From contig CAVTTN010000002.1 of assembly GCA_963737655.1 (NCBI GenBank), positions 1,920,001 through 1,984,000 of the forward strand: a DNA stretch of 64,000 nucleotides, in the 5' to 3' direction. The position numbers and the translations under genes were made by a program. The notes under the pieces are model-generated. The model was given only the letters and a program-made list of their open reading frames with translations. It was not told the DNA's origin and ran no database searches. The stretch is from an uncultured Planctomycetota bacterium. Its GTDB lineage: Bacteria > Planctomycetota > Planctomycetia > Isosphaerales > Isosphaeraceae. Of the stretch, positions 22,477 to 35,122 are shown one piece after another (the first letter of the stretch is position 1; every line of letters begins with the position of its first letter).

Positions 22477-23127
22477 ATGGTGCTGCGAATGGCCGAACCC
22501 GAAAGCGAGACGCCGTCATTGCTCGAGCGGGCCCGGGCCGGGGACTCCGCGGCCTGGGCCGTGCTCATGGGGCGCTATCGCGAGCGTCTGCGGCGGATGG
22601 TCGCCCTGCGGCTCGACCGGCGGCTCCAGGGCCGCGTCGACGCCTCGGACATCATCCAGGAAGGCTATGCGGACGCGGCGGCCCGGCTGGAGGAGTACGC
22701 CCGCGACCCCTCGATGCCCTTCTTCCTCTGGCTCCGGTTCCTCGTCGGCCAGCGGCTGGCCGACCAACACCGGCACCACCTGGGCGTCCAGGCCCGCGAC
22801 GCCGGCCGCGACATCAGCCTCTACCGCCGCGCCATGCCCGAGACGACCACGGCCGCCCTGGCCGCCCAGCTCCTGGGCAAGCACACCTCGCCGAGCCAGG
22901 CGGCGATCCGGGCCGAGCGCAAGGTCCGGCTCCAGGAGGCCCTGAACAGCCTCGACCCGATCGACCGCGAGATCCTGGCCCTGAGGCATTACGAGCAGAT
23001 GTCCAACGGCGAGGCGGCGACGGTCCTCGGCCTCGACAAGTCGGCCGCGAGCAAGCGATACGCCCGGGCTTTGGTCCGGCTCAAGGACATCCTGGCCGCC
23101 CTGCCCGGGGGACTCGAAGGGAGCTGA
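22477..23127 (+). CDS. ECF sigma-70 factor (planctomycete type)
   Basis: RVDASDIIQE, TSPSQAA, DREILALRHYEQMSN, RYARAL. Confidence 0.92.
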   Translation: MVLRMAEPESETPSLLERARAGDSAAWAVLMGRYRERLRRMVALRLDRRLQGRVDASDIIQEGYADAAARLEEYARDPSMPFFLWLRFLVGQRLADQHRHHLGVQARDAGRDISLYRRAMPETTTAALAAQLLGKHTSPSQAAIRAERKVRLQEALNSLDPIDREILALRHYEQMSNGEAATVLGLDKSAASKRYARALVRLKDILAALPGGLEGS

Positions 23128-23131
23128 CGCG

Positions 23132-26100
23132 ATGGCCGATTCCAGCGCCGACCGCGACCCGGTGGAGCGCCTGGCCGACTCGTTCCTCGCCCGCTACCGG
23201 CGCGGCGAGCGGCCGAGCATCGAGGACTACGCGGCGAAGCATCCGGAGCTGGCCGACGAGATCCGAGAGCTGCTGCCCGCGCTCGTCGCCCTCGAACAGG
23301 ACATGTCGATCGACGCCCCGACGACCGGCCAGGTCGCCTCGGGCGGGCCGAAGACGTCGGCGGCGACGCCCGAGCAGCTCGGCGATTACCTGATCCTCCG
23401 CGAGGTCGGCCGGGGCGGCATGGGGGTCGTCTACGAGGCCACCCAGCAGAGCCTCGGGCGGCACGTCGCCCTGAAGGTCCTGCCCGGCACCGGCCTGGGC
23501 GTGACGCACCTGGAGCGGTTCCGCCTGGAGGCCCGCGCCGCGGCGCGGCTGCACCACACGAACATCGTGCCGGTCTTCGGCGTGGGGGAGAGCGGCGGCG
23601 TCCACTACTATGCCATGCAATTCATCCGGGGCCAGGGGCTGGACGTCGTCATCGACGAGCTGACCCGCCAGAGGAGGGCGATCGCCGACCGCCCGCGCGG
23701 GGAGGCGGAGCCGGCCCTCCGCGCCATCACCGGAGGCCTCGTCGCCGATCGCTTCGAAGACGCCACCACCCAGACCGCCGCCGGCCCGGACGAGGGGGAG
23801 GCGGCCGCCCGGGCGGCCGATCCGATCGCGTCGCGGGCCGGGCCGCCGGCCCATTCGGAGCTCTCCTCCGCGAGGTCGGAGGGGCATTTCTACCGGGCCG
23901 CCGCGCGGGTGGGGCTCCAGGTGGCCGAGGCGCTGAGCTATGCCCACGGCCAGGGGATCGTCCATCGCGACATCAAGCCGTCGAACCTCCTGCTCGACGT
24001 CAAGGGGACCGTCTGGGTGACGGACTTCGGGCTGGCGAAGTCCGAAGGGGCGGACGGCCCGACCCAGACCGGCGACATCGTCGGCACCCTGCGCTACATG
24101 GCCCCGGAGCGGTTCGACGGCTGGTCCGACCCGCGGAGCGACATCTACGCCCTCGGGGCCACGCTCTACGAATTGCTGACGCTCCGCCCGGTCTACGAGG
24201 AATCCAACCGCGCCCGCCTGATCGAGAGGGTCCTCAACGACCCGCCGATCTCGCCCCGCAAGCATGACCGCAAGATCCCCCGCGACCTGGTGACGATCGT
24301 CCTGAAGGCCCTGGCGCGCGAGCCCTCGGCCCGGTACACCTCGGCCGAGGCGATGGCCGATGACCTGCGGCGCTACCTGGCCGACAAGCCGATCTTCGCG
24401 CGTCGCAGCGGCCCGGCCGAGAAGGCCTGGCGCTGGTGCCGCCGCAACCCGGTCGTCGCGGGATTGGCCGCGACGCTGATGGTCGTCTTCCTCGCCGCGT
24501 TCGCCGCTGTGACGGCCGCGCTGATCCGGGCGAGGGCCGACCGCAAGCTCGCCGACGAGCGTTTGATCGCGGCCCAGGCGAGCGAGGCCGTGGCGAAGGC
24601 CGAGACCGCGAGGGCCGACGCCGGATTCGCCAAGGCCCGATCGGCGGTGGACGACTACCTGAACAAGGTCACCGAAGACGACATCCTCAGGCAGACGCCC
24701 CGGCTCCAGCCGCTCCGCCGCCAGCTCCTGGAATCGGCGATGACCTTCTATCGGGGGTTCCTCCGCGACCGCCGCAATGATCCGTCGCTCCGCGCGGAGA
24801 TCGCGGCCGTGACTCTGCGGATGGCGCAGGTCCGCTCGCAGCTCGGGGACCCGTCCAGCCGGGACGTCGCGAGGGAGGCGGCGTCGCTCTACGAGGCCCT
24901 GGCGAAGGACTACCCGGGGGATCCGGCCATCCTCGGCGGGTGGATCGAAGCCCTGCAAGCCCGCCGCGACCTCGACCGCGCGATCGAGTTGGGCGAGTCG
25001 GCGCTGGCCTCCCATCCGGAGGATTCCAGGATCGCGAAGACCCTGACCCAGATCTACCGATCGCATTCGCTCAACCGCGACAGGGAGGGCGATAAGGCCG
25101 GCGCCATCGAGTCGGCGCGGAGATCCCTGGCGTTGAACCAGGCCCTCCTGAAGCGGACGCCCGATGACGCCGACGTCGAGCGGGAGTTGGCGGCGACCCT
25201 GTCCGACCTGAGCGTCCTTCTCTCCGGGACCTTCGGACGGGCCATCGATTCGATGTCGCTCAGCACGAAGCAGTTGGGCCACGACCGGCGCCTGGTCGCG
25301 CGACATCCGGGCCGGATCCTCTACCGGCAAGACCTGCTCATCGGCCTCATGAACGTCGCCAGCAAGGAGTGGGATTTCGGGATCAGGGACCAGGCGATCG
25401 CCAGGATCACCGAAGCCCTGGACCTGGCCCGGGAACAGGCCGCCATCCACCCCGACATCCCCTACTTCGCGACCATGCGCTTCCGCTGCGCCGCGACCCT
25501 GGCGGGATGGCGGAAGGAGCGCGGCGAGCCCCACGAGGAGGTGGAGGACGAAGCCCTGGCGGCGTTCCCGAACGCGGGGGCCCCGAACTCGGGCGTGGAT
25601 GCGAACGGCCTGTTCTTGTTCGCCTCGATCGCCGACCTCCGGATCGGCTCGCTGTCGAAGGGACCGGCCCCGCCCACGACCGTCGAGCGGGCCCGGATCG
25701 ACAGGCTGGGGGAGCGTGCGGTCTCGGCCCTGACGGTGTCGGCGGCCGCCGGCACGGGGCAGGTGACCCTGGCCCAGATCAAGAACCCGGACCTCTGGCC
25801 CAACCTCCGCGACCGCGAGGACTTCCGTGCGCTGGCGAGACGCCTGGAGGAGGGGAAGCCCGTCGTGTCGGCCGGGGCCGCCGGCCCCAAGGCCGCCAAG
25901 GCCATGCCGGCCCAGCCCACCCCGCGCGAGATCGACATCCGGGATCGCTCGGAACGGGCGGATGCGGAACTCTCGGTCGGATTCCTCCTGGGCGACCTCA
26001 ACCGGGACGACGAGGCCGCCCGGATCCTGGACAAGGTCCGCGGGGACTATGAGGCGCTCGCGCGCGAGGACCCGACGTCGCCCGATCATCGACTCGACCT

Positions 26101-27990
26101 CGCCCGGACCATCCGGGGGCAGGCCGAGATCGCCAGGGGCAAGGGACGGCTTCCCGAGGCGTTCGCCGGCTGGGTCGCCGCCCGCGACCTCCTGCTCGGC
26201 GTGGCGGCCGACCCGGCGAGCGGCCCGGCGACCGCCGCGACCTCTCGCTACGCATTGCTGGCGCTGGGCCGGACATTCAGCAATCATGGCCTGTGGGCCG
26301 AGGCCGAGGCCACGCTCGAGGCCGCCCTCGCGCCGGCGAAGTCGGCCTACGCCGCCTCGGACCTGATGGCCGGGCTCAACCGCCTGATGCTCGGCGACGA
26401 GGCCGGCTATCGCCGCCTCCGCGACCGCACCCGGTCGCGATACCTCGCGAGCGACTCCCCTTTCGACGCGGTCGACAGCGCGATGCTCGCGTCCATCCGC
26501 CCCGACCCGGGCCTCGACCGCGAGGCCCTGATCCCCGTGGCGTCACGCGGCCTGGAGATGCCGGGGCAGACCTGGGCGAAGGTCTACCTCGCGCTGGCCG
26601 ATCTCCGGGCCGGTCGGCTCGACGACGCCGAGGCGCAGCTCGAAGCATTTCGCGAAGAGAGGCCGGCCGGCGTCGAATGGGTCGACGAAGTCGCCGCCCT
26701 GGCGTATTCGGTGAAGGCCATGATCGCGCATCGCCGGGGCCGCGACGACGACGCCCGCCGCGCCCTGTCCGCGTCGCGACGCATCCTGGACGACCTGGGC
26801 ATCCGGTTCCTCGTGATGCCCCTGAACGACCCTCGCCACGGCTTCATGTGCTGGGCGGAATGCCGCATCCTGATCGCCGAGGCGGCGGCCGAGATCGACG
26901 GCCGCCCGGAGCGGCCCGAGCCCTGGACCCCGATCATGAACGCCTGGGGCGAGGCACAGGTCGGCCGGCCCGCCCTCGCCCGCGCCGCCCTGGCCCGGAT
27001 CGACCCCGAGGACGCGAGGGCCGCCAACGTCCTCGCGGCCCGCGCCCACGTCCTGGTGGCGCTCGGCGACAACGACCGGGCGCGCGAGGACCTCGAAGCG
27101 GCGATCAGGCTGGAGCCCTCCAACGGCCTGGCGAGGATCACGCGGGGCCGCCTGGCGCTGGCCGAGGGGCACCCCGATGCCGCGGCCGAGGACCTCGTGC
27201 ATGCCCTGTCCCGATGGGCCGACAGCCGCGACCCGTACGAGACGCGGGGGGTCGTCGACCGCCTGCTCGCGGAGAACGATCTTGCCTTCGACCGGGCCGT
27301 CGCGCTACGCCCGGACGACCCGCAGCTCTGGATCACGCGGGGGCGGCACTTCGCCTGGCGCGGCCGGTGGAAAGACGCGGCCGAGGCCTACGCCCGGGGC
27401 ATCGGCTCGCGGACCCCGGACATCGACTGGTTCGAGTACGCCGAGGTCCTCGTCCTGGGAGGGGATGCCGCGGGCTATCGCCGCCTCTGCGAACGGGTCG
27501 CGGGGACGCTGGATCCGACGAACCCCAGGGGCGATTGGCACAAGGTGTCGATCGCCGCGAGGATCGCGCGCCTCTCGGCCGATTCGGGCATCGCCCCCGA
27601 GGTCAGCGTCGGCTGGGCCGACACCGCCCGACGGCTGGAGCCGAGCCAATCGTGGCTCGACTACGTCGCCGGCGGCGTCCGCCTGCGGGCCCGGGGCCGA
27701 GAGGAGGAGGCGCTCCGTCTCCTGAACTCGTTCAACCAGCAGAACCCCAATAACCCGGCCTCCGGGGCGGTCTGGTACGACCTGGCGCTCGTCCATCGAG
27801 GGGCTCGGCCACGACGCCGACGCCCGCCGCTGGCGAGACCGGGCCGACGCCTGGCTGGCCGACCGAGAGCGCGAGGCCGCGACGGCGTCGATTTTCGAGC
27901 CCAGGATCCCCCTGCGCGATTACCTGGAGGCGAAGATCCTTGCGCGAGGCGTACGCGAAGTGATCCTCGAAGCGGGCCGCGGGGTTTGCC
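23132..27990 (+). CDS. Hanks Ser/Thr kinase with TM segment and long TPR-like C-terminus (frameshift ~27800; true end approximate)
   Basis: GRGGMG, VALK, HRDIKPSN, DFG, YMAPE; WCRRNP plus TM segment. Confidence 0.88.
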
Positions 27991-28532
27991 CGGCACCGCG
28001 ACGGCCGAAGGGAGCAGAGCGACTGCGATGGGTCGAACCGAGTCCCCTGAGGCGGGGGATCGAGGTGACGTTCCTCGACTCGACGGGCGCCGAGGCCCGG
28101 ACCTCCCTGGCGGACCTTCTCGGCCGGAGGGCCTGAGGCCGACCGCGTGCAGAAGTACTGGGACATCCATCCGCGACTACCGGATGACTACCGGATCGTC
28201 CGGCGGGATACCGCAATTTACCGCGTTTTTTGCGCCGGGCGGGTTCGACGCCCGTCATCCTCGCTTCGATCAAACCCCGGGAAATCCGGGTTTTTTCATG
28301 CGTCCGCCGGATAGCCCCGGACCGGGCCCGCCCTCCATTCGGTGGCCCCGAGTCGACCCTTACGATCCGTCGTCGTCGCGATCGAGTTGCGAGCCGTCAT
28401 GGCGTCGGCTAACGTAGGCGGAGGTGACGATCCGAGGGCCGTCCAGTCCCCTCCGTCCGGCGGGTCGCTCGGATCGGATGCGGCCGGTGCTCCCGCGGAT
28501 GACGATCCGGCGAGGAAACGGAGCGATTCCGA

Positions 28533-29800
28533 ATGCATGCTCGATCCGTCACGCGGTCGCGGCTCCCGCTCTTCGTGGTCCTCGTTTCCCTGGCGTCGCC
28601 TGGGGCTCGCGGCGAGGAGCAGGCGAAGGCCGGCAAGTTCTTCTTCCGGGACGGTGACGCCGTCGTGATGATGGGCGACAGCATCACCGAGGCGCACCTC
28701 TATAGCAGTTACGTCGAGCTCTGGACGACGACGCGATTTCCCCGCTGGAAATTGACGTTCCGAAACCTCGGCATCAGCGGGGACACCTCCGACGGGGGCA
28801 ACGGACGTTTCCGTCGCGACGTGACACGGTTTCGGCCGACGGCCATGACCGTCGATTTCGGCATGAACGACGGCCGCTACGAGGACTTCGTCCAGTGGCG
28901 GTTCGACAATTACGTCAAGGGCCTGCAGGGGATCGCCGACCAGGCCCGGGAGGCGAAGATCCGCGTCGCCTGGCTCACGACCCAGGCGGTCGATTCCGCC
29001 GCGCCCGGCCGTTCCGCCACGGCCGCGGCGCCCTATAACCGGACCCTGGAACGGTTTGCCGACGAGGGCCTCAAGACGATCGCGCAAAAAACGGCGGCGA
29101 CTTCGTCGATCAGTTCCACCCCTACCTCGCGCTCCTGGACCGGGCCCGCGGGGCCGGGCCGGAATACTCGCCGATCTCCGGCATGGACCCCGTCCACGCC
29201 GGCCCGGCGGGCCAGGCGTTCATGGCGGCGACGATCCTCAAGGGGCTGGATTTCCCCACCCTGGTCGCCTCGGTCGAGATCGACGCCGCCGGGAATCTCG
29301 TCGCCGCCGGGAACGCCACGGTCAGCGGCCTGGCCGCGAAGGACGGCGGGGTCTCCTTCAACCAGCTCGACGACGCGCTCCCGTTCTTCCCCCGGGAGGC
29401 GGAAGACATCCTCAAATGGTCGCCGATCCGCGAGGACCTGAACCGGTACACGCTCAAGGTGACCGGGCTCCGCGAGGGTCGGTACGAGATTCGGCTCGGG
29501 GGCCAGAGGGTGGCCACCGGCTCGGCCGAGGACCTCGGCCGGGGCCTCAACCTGGCGTCCGCCGTGCTGAAGGCCGGCCCGGTCGCCGATCAGGTCAAGA
29601 GGGTCGCGGACGCGGTGACCGCGAAGAATGAATACTTTTCCAATCAGGTCCTCCGCGTGATGAGGGCCCAATGGCCCCCGCTGGACGAGGCGAGAGAGGC
29701 CCTGATCCACGAGCGACTGGAGAAGATGCCGGAGCTCGACGAGGCCATCCAACAGGCCCTGAAGATGAATTCGCATACCGTCGAGGTCATGCCACTCAGG
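28533..29800 (+). CDS. Secreted SGNH/GDSL hydrolase (frameshift ~29090; end approximate)
   Basis: MGDSIT, GISGD, FGMND in 28533..; DPVH in the 29183.. frame. Confidence 0.7.
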
Positions 29801-30115
29801 TGCAGCCCCGGGGAAGGCCGGGGCGGCCCGGCCCCTCCAATGGCGAGCACCGGGCGAGCGCTCATCCCACGGGCCACTCCCGAGCAGGTGCCCGGCCCCG
29901 ACTCGCGGGTTGGCGACCTCGAGGACGGGGGGAAGGCGGGCAAAAATCACGGGCCGATCGAGGATCGAGGCCGAGGAGGCAACGCACGGGACCGATCGAG
30001 CCCCGATTCTCGCGGACCCGCTTTCCCGAGGAATCCCGCCGAAACCCGGGCGAACGGGGCAGGGCCGATCGGTTGCCCCAAGGAAACGATGCGACGCCTC
30101 CGCCCCGCCCGGGAT

Positions 30116-30708
30116 TCGACCGACCATCGACCAGACGCCATCCAAGCCGATCACGCCCCACCCCCCGAACGACGAATCGAAGTCCCCGCCCGACGTCCAG
30201 CGACGCCGTCCCCTCGTTCCAGACCATCGAGAGCCGACCCCACCCCCGATCACCCAATCCCTCCACGTCCCCTAACGCCGCTCCCAAACGACCCCTCATG
30301 CGCGCCCCTCAAAGTGTCCCCCTTTCCTGACAAGAGACGACGGTGGAGCCCAAAAATCCGATTGACGCAAGCCCTTGTCGAATCAGTGTTTGCCCGTCAA
30401 AAAGAAACAAATTCACAAATCAGGAAACATGCCTTGGCACGAGTGACTGCGCGCTCGAAAACCCTGGAAAAACCGCCCTCTGGCGCGTTTTTCGGGGAAA
30501 GGTGTAGTCAACTTTGGAAAAAATATCGTTCAAGCATTTCTGACATTGACAAAAAATGAGCATTCTAACGAATCCATGGAATCCAAAACTCAAAATTCCA
30601 GAACGTTCGCAAGTCATCACCCAATGGTCGCCCGCAAACTCCGCACGCCCGATCTTCCCCGGCGGATTTCCCGAAAGCACCCAGATTTCCCAGGATTCGC
30701 ATGCCCCC
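30116..30708. repeat. ~600-bp dispersed intergenic repeat, copy 1
   Basis: Colinear similarity to 48771-49385 (e.g. CGAATCGAAGTCCCCGCCCGACGTCCA, ACAAATTCACAAATCA, GAAAACCCTGGAAAAACCGCCCTC). Confidence 0.8.
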
Positions 30709-30999
30709 TGAACCGTCCTGGTTGGTTCACGATCGGATTGCGCTCGAGCAGGGCAGGCCCTGGCTTGCCGAGATCTCCGCGGTCTCGCTTTCGCAATTGC
30801 GTGCGGGTGTCTCGCCTCGGCAACCGGTGGGCTCGTGGATCTTGCCCAGGATCAGGGCAAGTCGATCCCGATCGAGGAGCCGTGGTCCGGCTTCCCGGAG
30901 AAGGCCTCGCTCGTCGAGCGGGCGACCCAGAAGCCGGGGCCGAAGCGATTCTCCGTCGGGACGGCCGAGGCGCGGCCGGGCGTGGGCCGTCGGGCCGAT

Positions 31000-32964
31000 T
31001 CAGCCCTCGGATGCCGAGGAGGCCGCTTGAGTGTTCATGCCGGCTCCGCGGCCGGCCGGAGGGCCCGCGTCGGCGATCAGGATCTGCAACTGGTCGAGGC
31101 TCACCGGCTTGACCAGGTGCTCGGAGAAGCCGACGCCCCGGGATCGGGCCAGGTCGGCCTCCTGGCCGTACCCCGTCAGGGCGATCAGCCTCGGGCCGTC
31201 GGGCCCGTGGTGCCCTCGGATCTGTTCGGCGACCTGGAAGCCGTCCATCCCGGGAAGGCCGATGTCGAGGAGGATGACGTCGAACACCTCGGCCAGGGCC
31301 GCCCGGATCGCCTCCGGGCCGTCGTGGGCCACGCGGACCTCGTGTCCCCAGAGCTTCAGGACCCGGGCGAGGCTCCGCGCCGAGTCGTGGCTGTCGTCCA
31401 CCACGAGGATGCGTTGCAGCGCGGGCGGGGACGTCGCCGAGGCGGCCGCCCCCGGCTCCGGCTCCGGCTCCGGACCCGGCGCGGCGCCGACGGGCAGCAC
31501 CGGCAGCCGGACGGTGAACTCGCTGCCCAGGCCGAGCCCGGGGCTGTCGGCGGTGATGCTCCCGCCGTGGTGCTGGACGAGGCTGCGGACGAGCGTCAGC
31601 CCGATCCCCAGCCCCCCCTGCGAGCGGTCCAGCGAGCGGTCCTCCTGGGCGAACAGGTCGAAGACGCGCGGCAGCATCTCGGGGCTGAGGCCGATGCCGT
31701 TGTCCCGCAGCCAGATGACCGCCTCGTCCCCCTCTCGGGCGGCCTCCAGGGCGATCCTGCCGCCCGGATCGGTGTACTTGGCGGAGTTGTTCAGGAGGTT
31801 TGCCACGATCTGGGCCAGGCGGGTGGGATCTCCGTCGAGCCAGACCGGGGCGTCCGGGAGCGAGACCGAGAGCTGGTGGCCGCCGGCCTCGATCAGGGGG
31901 CGGGACGTCTCGACGGCCCGCTCCAGGATCGTGCTGAGGTCCACGGTGGTCCTGCGGAGCTGGACGTCGCCCCGAGTGAACCGCGCGACGTCCAGCAGGT
32001 CGTCCAGGAGGCGGGCCATGTGGTCGACCTGGCGCTTGGCGATGTCGAGCGCCTCCTCGGTCGCCGCCGCGTCGCCGCGGTCCAGGCGGATGGACTCGAT
32101 GGCGTTGGCGATCGGGGCGAGCGGGTTGCGCAGCTCGTGGGCCAGCATCGCCAGGAACTCGTCCTTGCGGCGGTCGGCGGCCGCCAGCTCCTCGGCCCGC
32201 CGCCGGAGCGCCTCCTCGAGGCGCCTGCGGTCGGTGATGTCCGAGGCGATGCAGAGGCCCCCCTTGACGCTGCCGGACGCGTCGCGGATCGGATCGACGG
32301 TGACGCGGAGCCACCGGTCGGCCAGGGTCAGCTCGACGGCCTCGCGCCGACCGCTGTCGAGCATGCGGAGGAAGGGCGAATCGTCGGGGGCGGGGGAGAC
32401 GGGCAGGAGGTCGTGGATCGACTGCCCGGCGAGCTCGTCCCAGGGCTTCCCCAGGAGGCCCTCGATCGCGGCGTTGATCTGCACCGTCCGCCCGTCGCGG
32501 TCCAGGAGGACGACGCCGTCGCTGATGGCGTCGAAGGTCACCTGCCACTGCCGGGTCGAGATCTGGGCCGCTTCCTCGGCCCGCCGCGCCCTCAGCAGCG
32601 CGCGGACCGTGGCCACCAGCTCCAGCGGTTCCAGGACGTCGGTCAGGTAGCCGTCCGCGCCGCCCTCCAGGCCCTGGACCCGATCCTCGATGTCCACGAA
32701 CGTGGTGGAGACGTGCAGGACGGGGATCGTCGAGGTCGCCGGGTCCTGCTTGATCCGCCGGCAGACCTCGAACCCGCTCATGTCCGGGAGCATGACATCG
32801 AGGACGATCAGGGAGGGCTTCTCGACCGCCAGCCGCAGGGCGTCGGCGCCGGAATCCCCCTCGCGGATCGCGAACCCCGCCCTGCGGAGGATCTTGACGA
32901 GGGAGTGGCGCTTGGCGTCGTCGTCGTCGATGATCAGGACGGTGTCGGGCGGCTCGCCGACCAT
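31000..32964 (-). CDS. Hybrid histidine kinase (REC-PAS-HisKA-HATPase-REC)
   Basis: LDVMLPD, LAHELRNPL, NLLNNSAKY, DNGIG, GLGIGL, LDIGLPG. Confidence 0.93.
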   Translation of the reverse strand: MVGEPPDTVLIIDDDDAKRHSLVKILRRAGFAIREGDSGADALRLAVEKPSLIVLDVMLPDMSGFEVCRRIKQDPATSTIPVLHVSTTFVDIEDRVQGLEGGADGYLTDVLEPLELVATVRALLRARRAEEAAQISTRQWQVTFDAISDGVVLLDRDGRTVQINAAIEGLLGKPWDELAGQSIHDLLPVSPAPDDSPFLRMLDSGRREAVELTLADRWLRVTVDPIRDASGSVKGGLCIASDITDRRRLEEALRRRAEELAAADRRKDEFLAMLAHELRNPLAPIANAIESIRLDRGDAAATEEALDIAKRQVDHMARLLDDLLDVARFTRGDVQLRRTTVDLSTILERAVETSRPLIEAGGHQLSVSLPDAPVWLDGDPTRLAQIVANLLNNSAKYTDPGGRIALEAAREGDEAVIWLRDNGIGLSPEMLPRVFDLFAQEDRSLDRSQGGLGIGLTLVRSLVQHHGGSITADSPGLGLGSEFTVRLPVLPVGAAPGPEPEPEPGAAASATSPPALQRILVVDDSHDSARSLARVLKLWGHEVRVAHDGPEAIRAALAEVFDVILLDIGLPGMDGFQVAEQIRGHHGPDGPRLIALTGYGQEADLARSRGVGFSEHLVKPVSLDQLQILIADAGPPAGRGAGMNTQAASSASEG

Positions 32965-32965
32965 G

Positions 32966-35122
32966 TCAGGACTCCGCGCCCGTGGGGGACAGGCTCAATC
33001 CGGCCCGGATCAGGGCATCCCGGATCGTCGCGAACGCGTCCTCCGCCGGGACGGGGGACTTGGAGAGGATCGCGGCCGACCGGGGGGCGAGCCGACGCCG
33101 GGCCTCTTCGCCCAGGTCCGCCGAGGTGTTGATGATGACCGGGACGTCCCTGGTCCGGTCGTCGGCCCTCAGCCGCTCCAGGACCTCGAAGCCGGTCATG
33201 TCGGCCAGGACCAGGTCGAGGAAGATCACGTCGGGCGGCGCCTCGCGGGCCTTGAGCAGGCCCTCCTCGCCGCTGGACGCCTCGACGATCGCGAATCGCC
33301 CCTGGGCGGTGAGCAGGGTCCGCAGCGCGAAGCGGTCGGCCTCCTCGTCGTCGATGAGCAGGACGGTGCCGTGAGGCCGGCCCTGCTGCATCGCGTGGAG
33401 GCGGCCCAGCAGCCACCCGGGCTCGATGGGCTTGAGGCAGAAGTCGGTGGCGCCGAGGGCCAGCGCCTGCTCCTTGCCGTCGACGACGGTCAGGACGAGG
33501 ATCGGGATGTCCCGGGTGGCCGCCTGGCCCTTCAGCTCGGAGAGCAGGGTCCATCCGCTCTCCGCGTCGAGGAGGACGTCGAGCAGGACGGCGGTGGGGC
33601 GGACCCGCCGGAGGATCCGCCGGGCCTCGCCGAGGCTCCGGGCCGGGAGGATCTGGAAGGCCGAGCCCGCCAGGGACCTCTCGCAGAGCAGGAGGTCCAC
33701 CGGGTCGTCCTCGACCAGCAGCACGGGGGAGCGGAGCGGGTCGAGGTTCCAGCGCGAGTCGGGCGTGGGGTCCGGATCCTCGGGGGCCGGGTAGGTCCGG
33801 GGGATGGCGGCGAGGAACGCCGAGCCGACCCCGGGTTCGCTCCGGACGGACACCCCGCCGCCGAGCAGCTCGGCCAGCTTGCGGGACAGGGGCAGGCCCA
33901 GGCCGGTCCCCTTCACCCGCCTCTGGACCGGCCCGTCGACCTGGCTGAACTCCTCGAAGACGCGACGCTGGTCCGCCGGGGCGATCCCGATCCCGGTGTC
34001 GGCCACCGCGAAGAGGACCGTGTCGCCGGGGCCCATCCTCGCCGAGAGCCGGATCTCGCCGCGCTCGGTGAATTTCGCGGCGTTGGAGAGGAAGTTGCGG
34101 AGGATCTGCGTGAGCTTGCCCTCGTCGGTGTGGAGCGTGGGGATCCCGGCCGGCTCCTCGATCACCAGGTCCACCGCCCCCGGGACGACCAGGGGCCGGG
34201 TCGTGCCCCGGAGGCCCTCGAACAGGTCGGCGACCTCGAAGGACTCGGTGCGGATGACGGCCTTGCCCGCCTCGACCTTCGCCAGGTCCAGCAGGTCGTT
34301 GACCAGCGCCGAGAGGCCCTCGGCCGCCTTGCGGATGAAGCCGACCTCCTTCTCCTGCTCGGCCGACAGCGCGCCGCTGCTGCCGTTCAGGAGGAATCCG
34401 GACATGCTCAGGATCGTGTTGAGCGGCGAGCGGAATTCGTGGCTCATGTTCGACAGGAAGCGGGTCTTCAGATCGGAGATGCGCCGCAGGTCCTTGGCGT
34501 TCTCGTCGAGCTCGGAATAGAGGGCGACCACGCCCCGATTGGTCTCGTCCAGCTCGCGGTTGTGGAGCTCGGCGAGCTCGGCCTGGCGGTCGCGGAGCTC
34601 CTGGAGGGTGCGGAGCAGCTCCTGGTTCTGCACCTGGAGCTCGTCGAGCAGGCCCTGCGGCTTCTGCTGGGCCAGCTCGGCCGAGAGCCGCGCCAGGTCC
34701 TGCGTGTTGAACGAAACGTCGCGCCTCGGCAGGCCCTTGACCATCGTGACGGCGGCCCCGCCTTCGGACGTCTCGACCTCGAACGTGTCCATCAGGCGCT
34801 TGGCGCCGACGATCCCCAGGCCCAGGCCGTGCGGCGACTCGTAGCGGCCGTCGAGGATCGCCTGCAGGTCCTTGATCCCCGGGCCCCGCTCCCGGACGCG
34901 GATCAAGAGCCCGGTCGGCGGCCCCGAGGCGACCTGGAACTCGACCCGGCCGCCGCCGGCGTACTGGAACGCGTTGCGGGCGATCTCCGAGACCGCCGTG
35001 GCGATGCGCGTCTGGTCGAGCGGGGCGAAGCCCAGCAGGCCGGCGATCTGGCGGGCCCTCTGCCGGGCCAGGACGACGTCGGGCTCCACCCGGACCTCGA
35101 TCGTCAGGAGCGGGAAGTTCAT
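32966..35122 (-). CDS. Hybrid histidine kinase with N-terminal RsbT-like domain and two REC domains
   Basis: RIATAVSEIARNA, MSHEFRSPL, NAAKF, GTGLGL. Confidence 0.9.
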   Translation of the reverse strand: MNFPLLTIEVRVEPDVVLARQRARQIAGLLGFAPLDQTRIATAVSEIARNAFQYAGGGRVEFQVASGPPTGLLIRVRERGPGIKDLQAILDGRYESPHGLGLGIVGAKRLMDTFEVETSEGGAAVTMVKGLPRRDVSFNTQDLARLSAELAQQKPQGLLDELQVQNQELLRTLQELRDRQAELAELHNRELDETNRGVVALYSELDENAKDLRRISDLKTRFLSNMSHEFRSPLNTILSMSGFLLNGSSGALSAEQEKEVGFIRKAAEGLSALVNDLLDLAKVEAGKAVIRTESFEVADLFEGLRGTTRPLVVPGAVDLVIEEPAGIPTLHTDEGKLTQILRNFLSNAAKFTERGEIRLSARMGPGDTVLFAVADTGIGIAPADQRRVFEEFSQVDGPVQRRVKGTGLGLPLSRKLAELLGGGVSVRSEPGVGSAFLAAIPRTYPAPEDPDPTPDSRWNLDPLRSPVLLVEDDPVDLLLCERSLAGSAFQILPARSLGEARRILRRVRPTAVLLDVLLDAESGWTLLSELKGQAATRDIPILVLTVVDGKEQALALGATDFCLKPIEPGWLLGRLHAMQQGRPHGTVLLIDDEEADRFALRTLLTAQGRFAIVEASSGEEGLLKAREAPPDVIFLDLVLADMTGFEVLERLRADDRTRDVPVIINTSADLGEEARRRLAPRSAAILSKSPVPAEDAFATIRDALIRAGLSLSPTGAES

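Larger units (their letters stand above)
21202..28312. mobile_element. tRNA-Asp-anchored genomic island remnant (no integrase)
   Basis: ~75-bp direct repeat of tRNA 3' end plus terminator at 21177-21251 and 28239-28312. Confidence 0.6.

Noticed and set aside
28239..28263. Second tRNA gene
   Set aside because: Only the T-arm and 3' acceptor strand are present; it is an att-like duplication.
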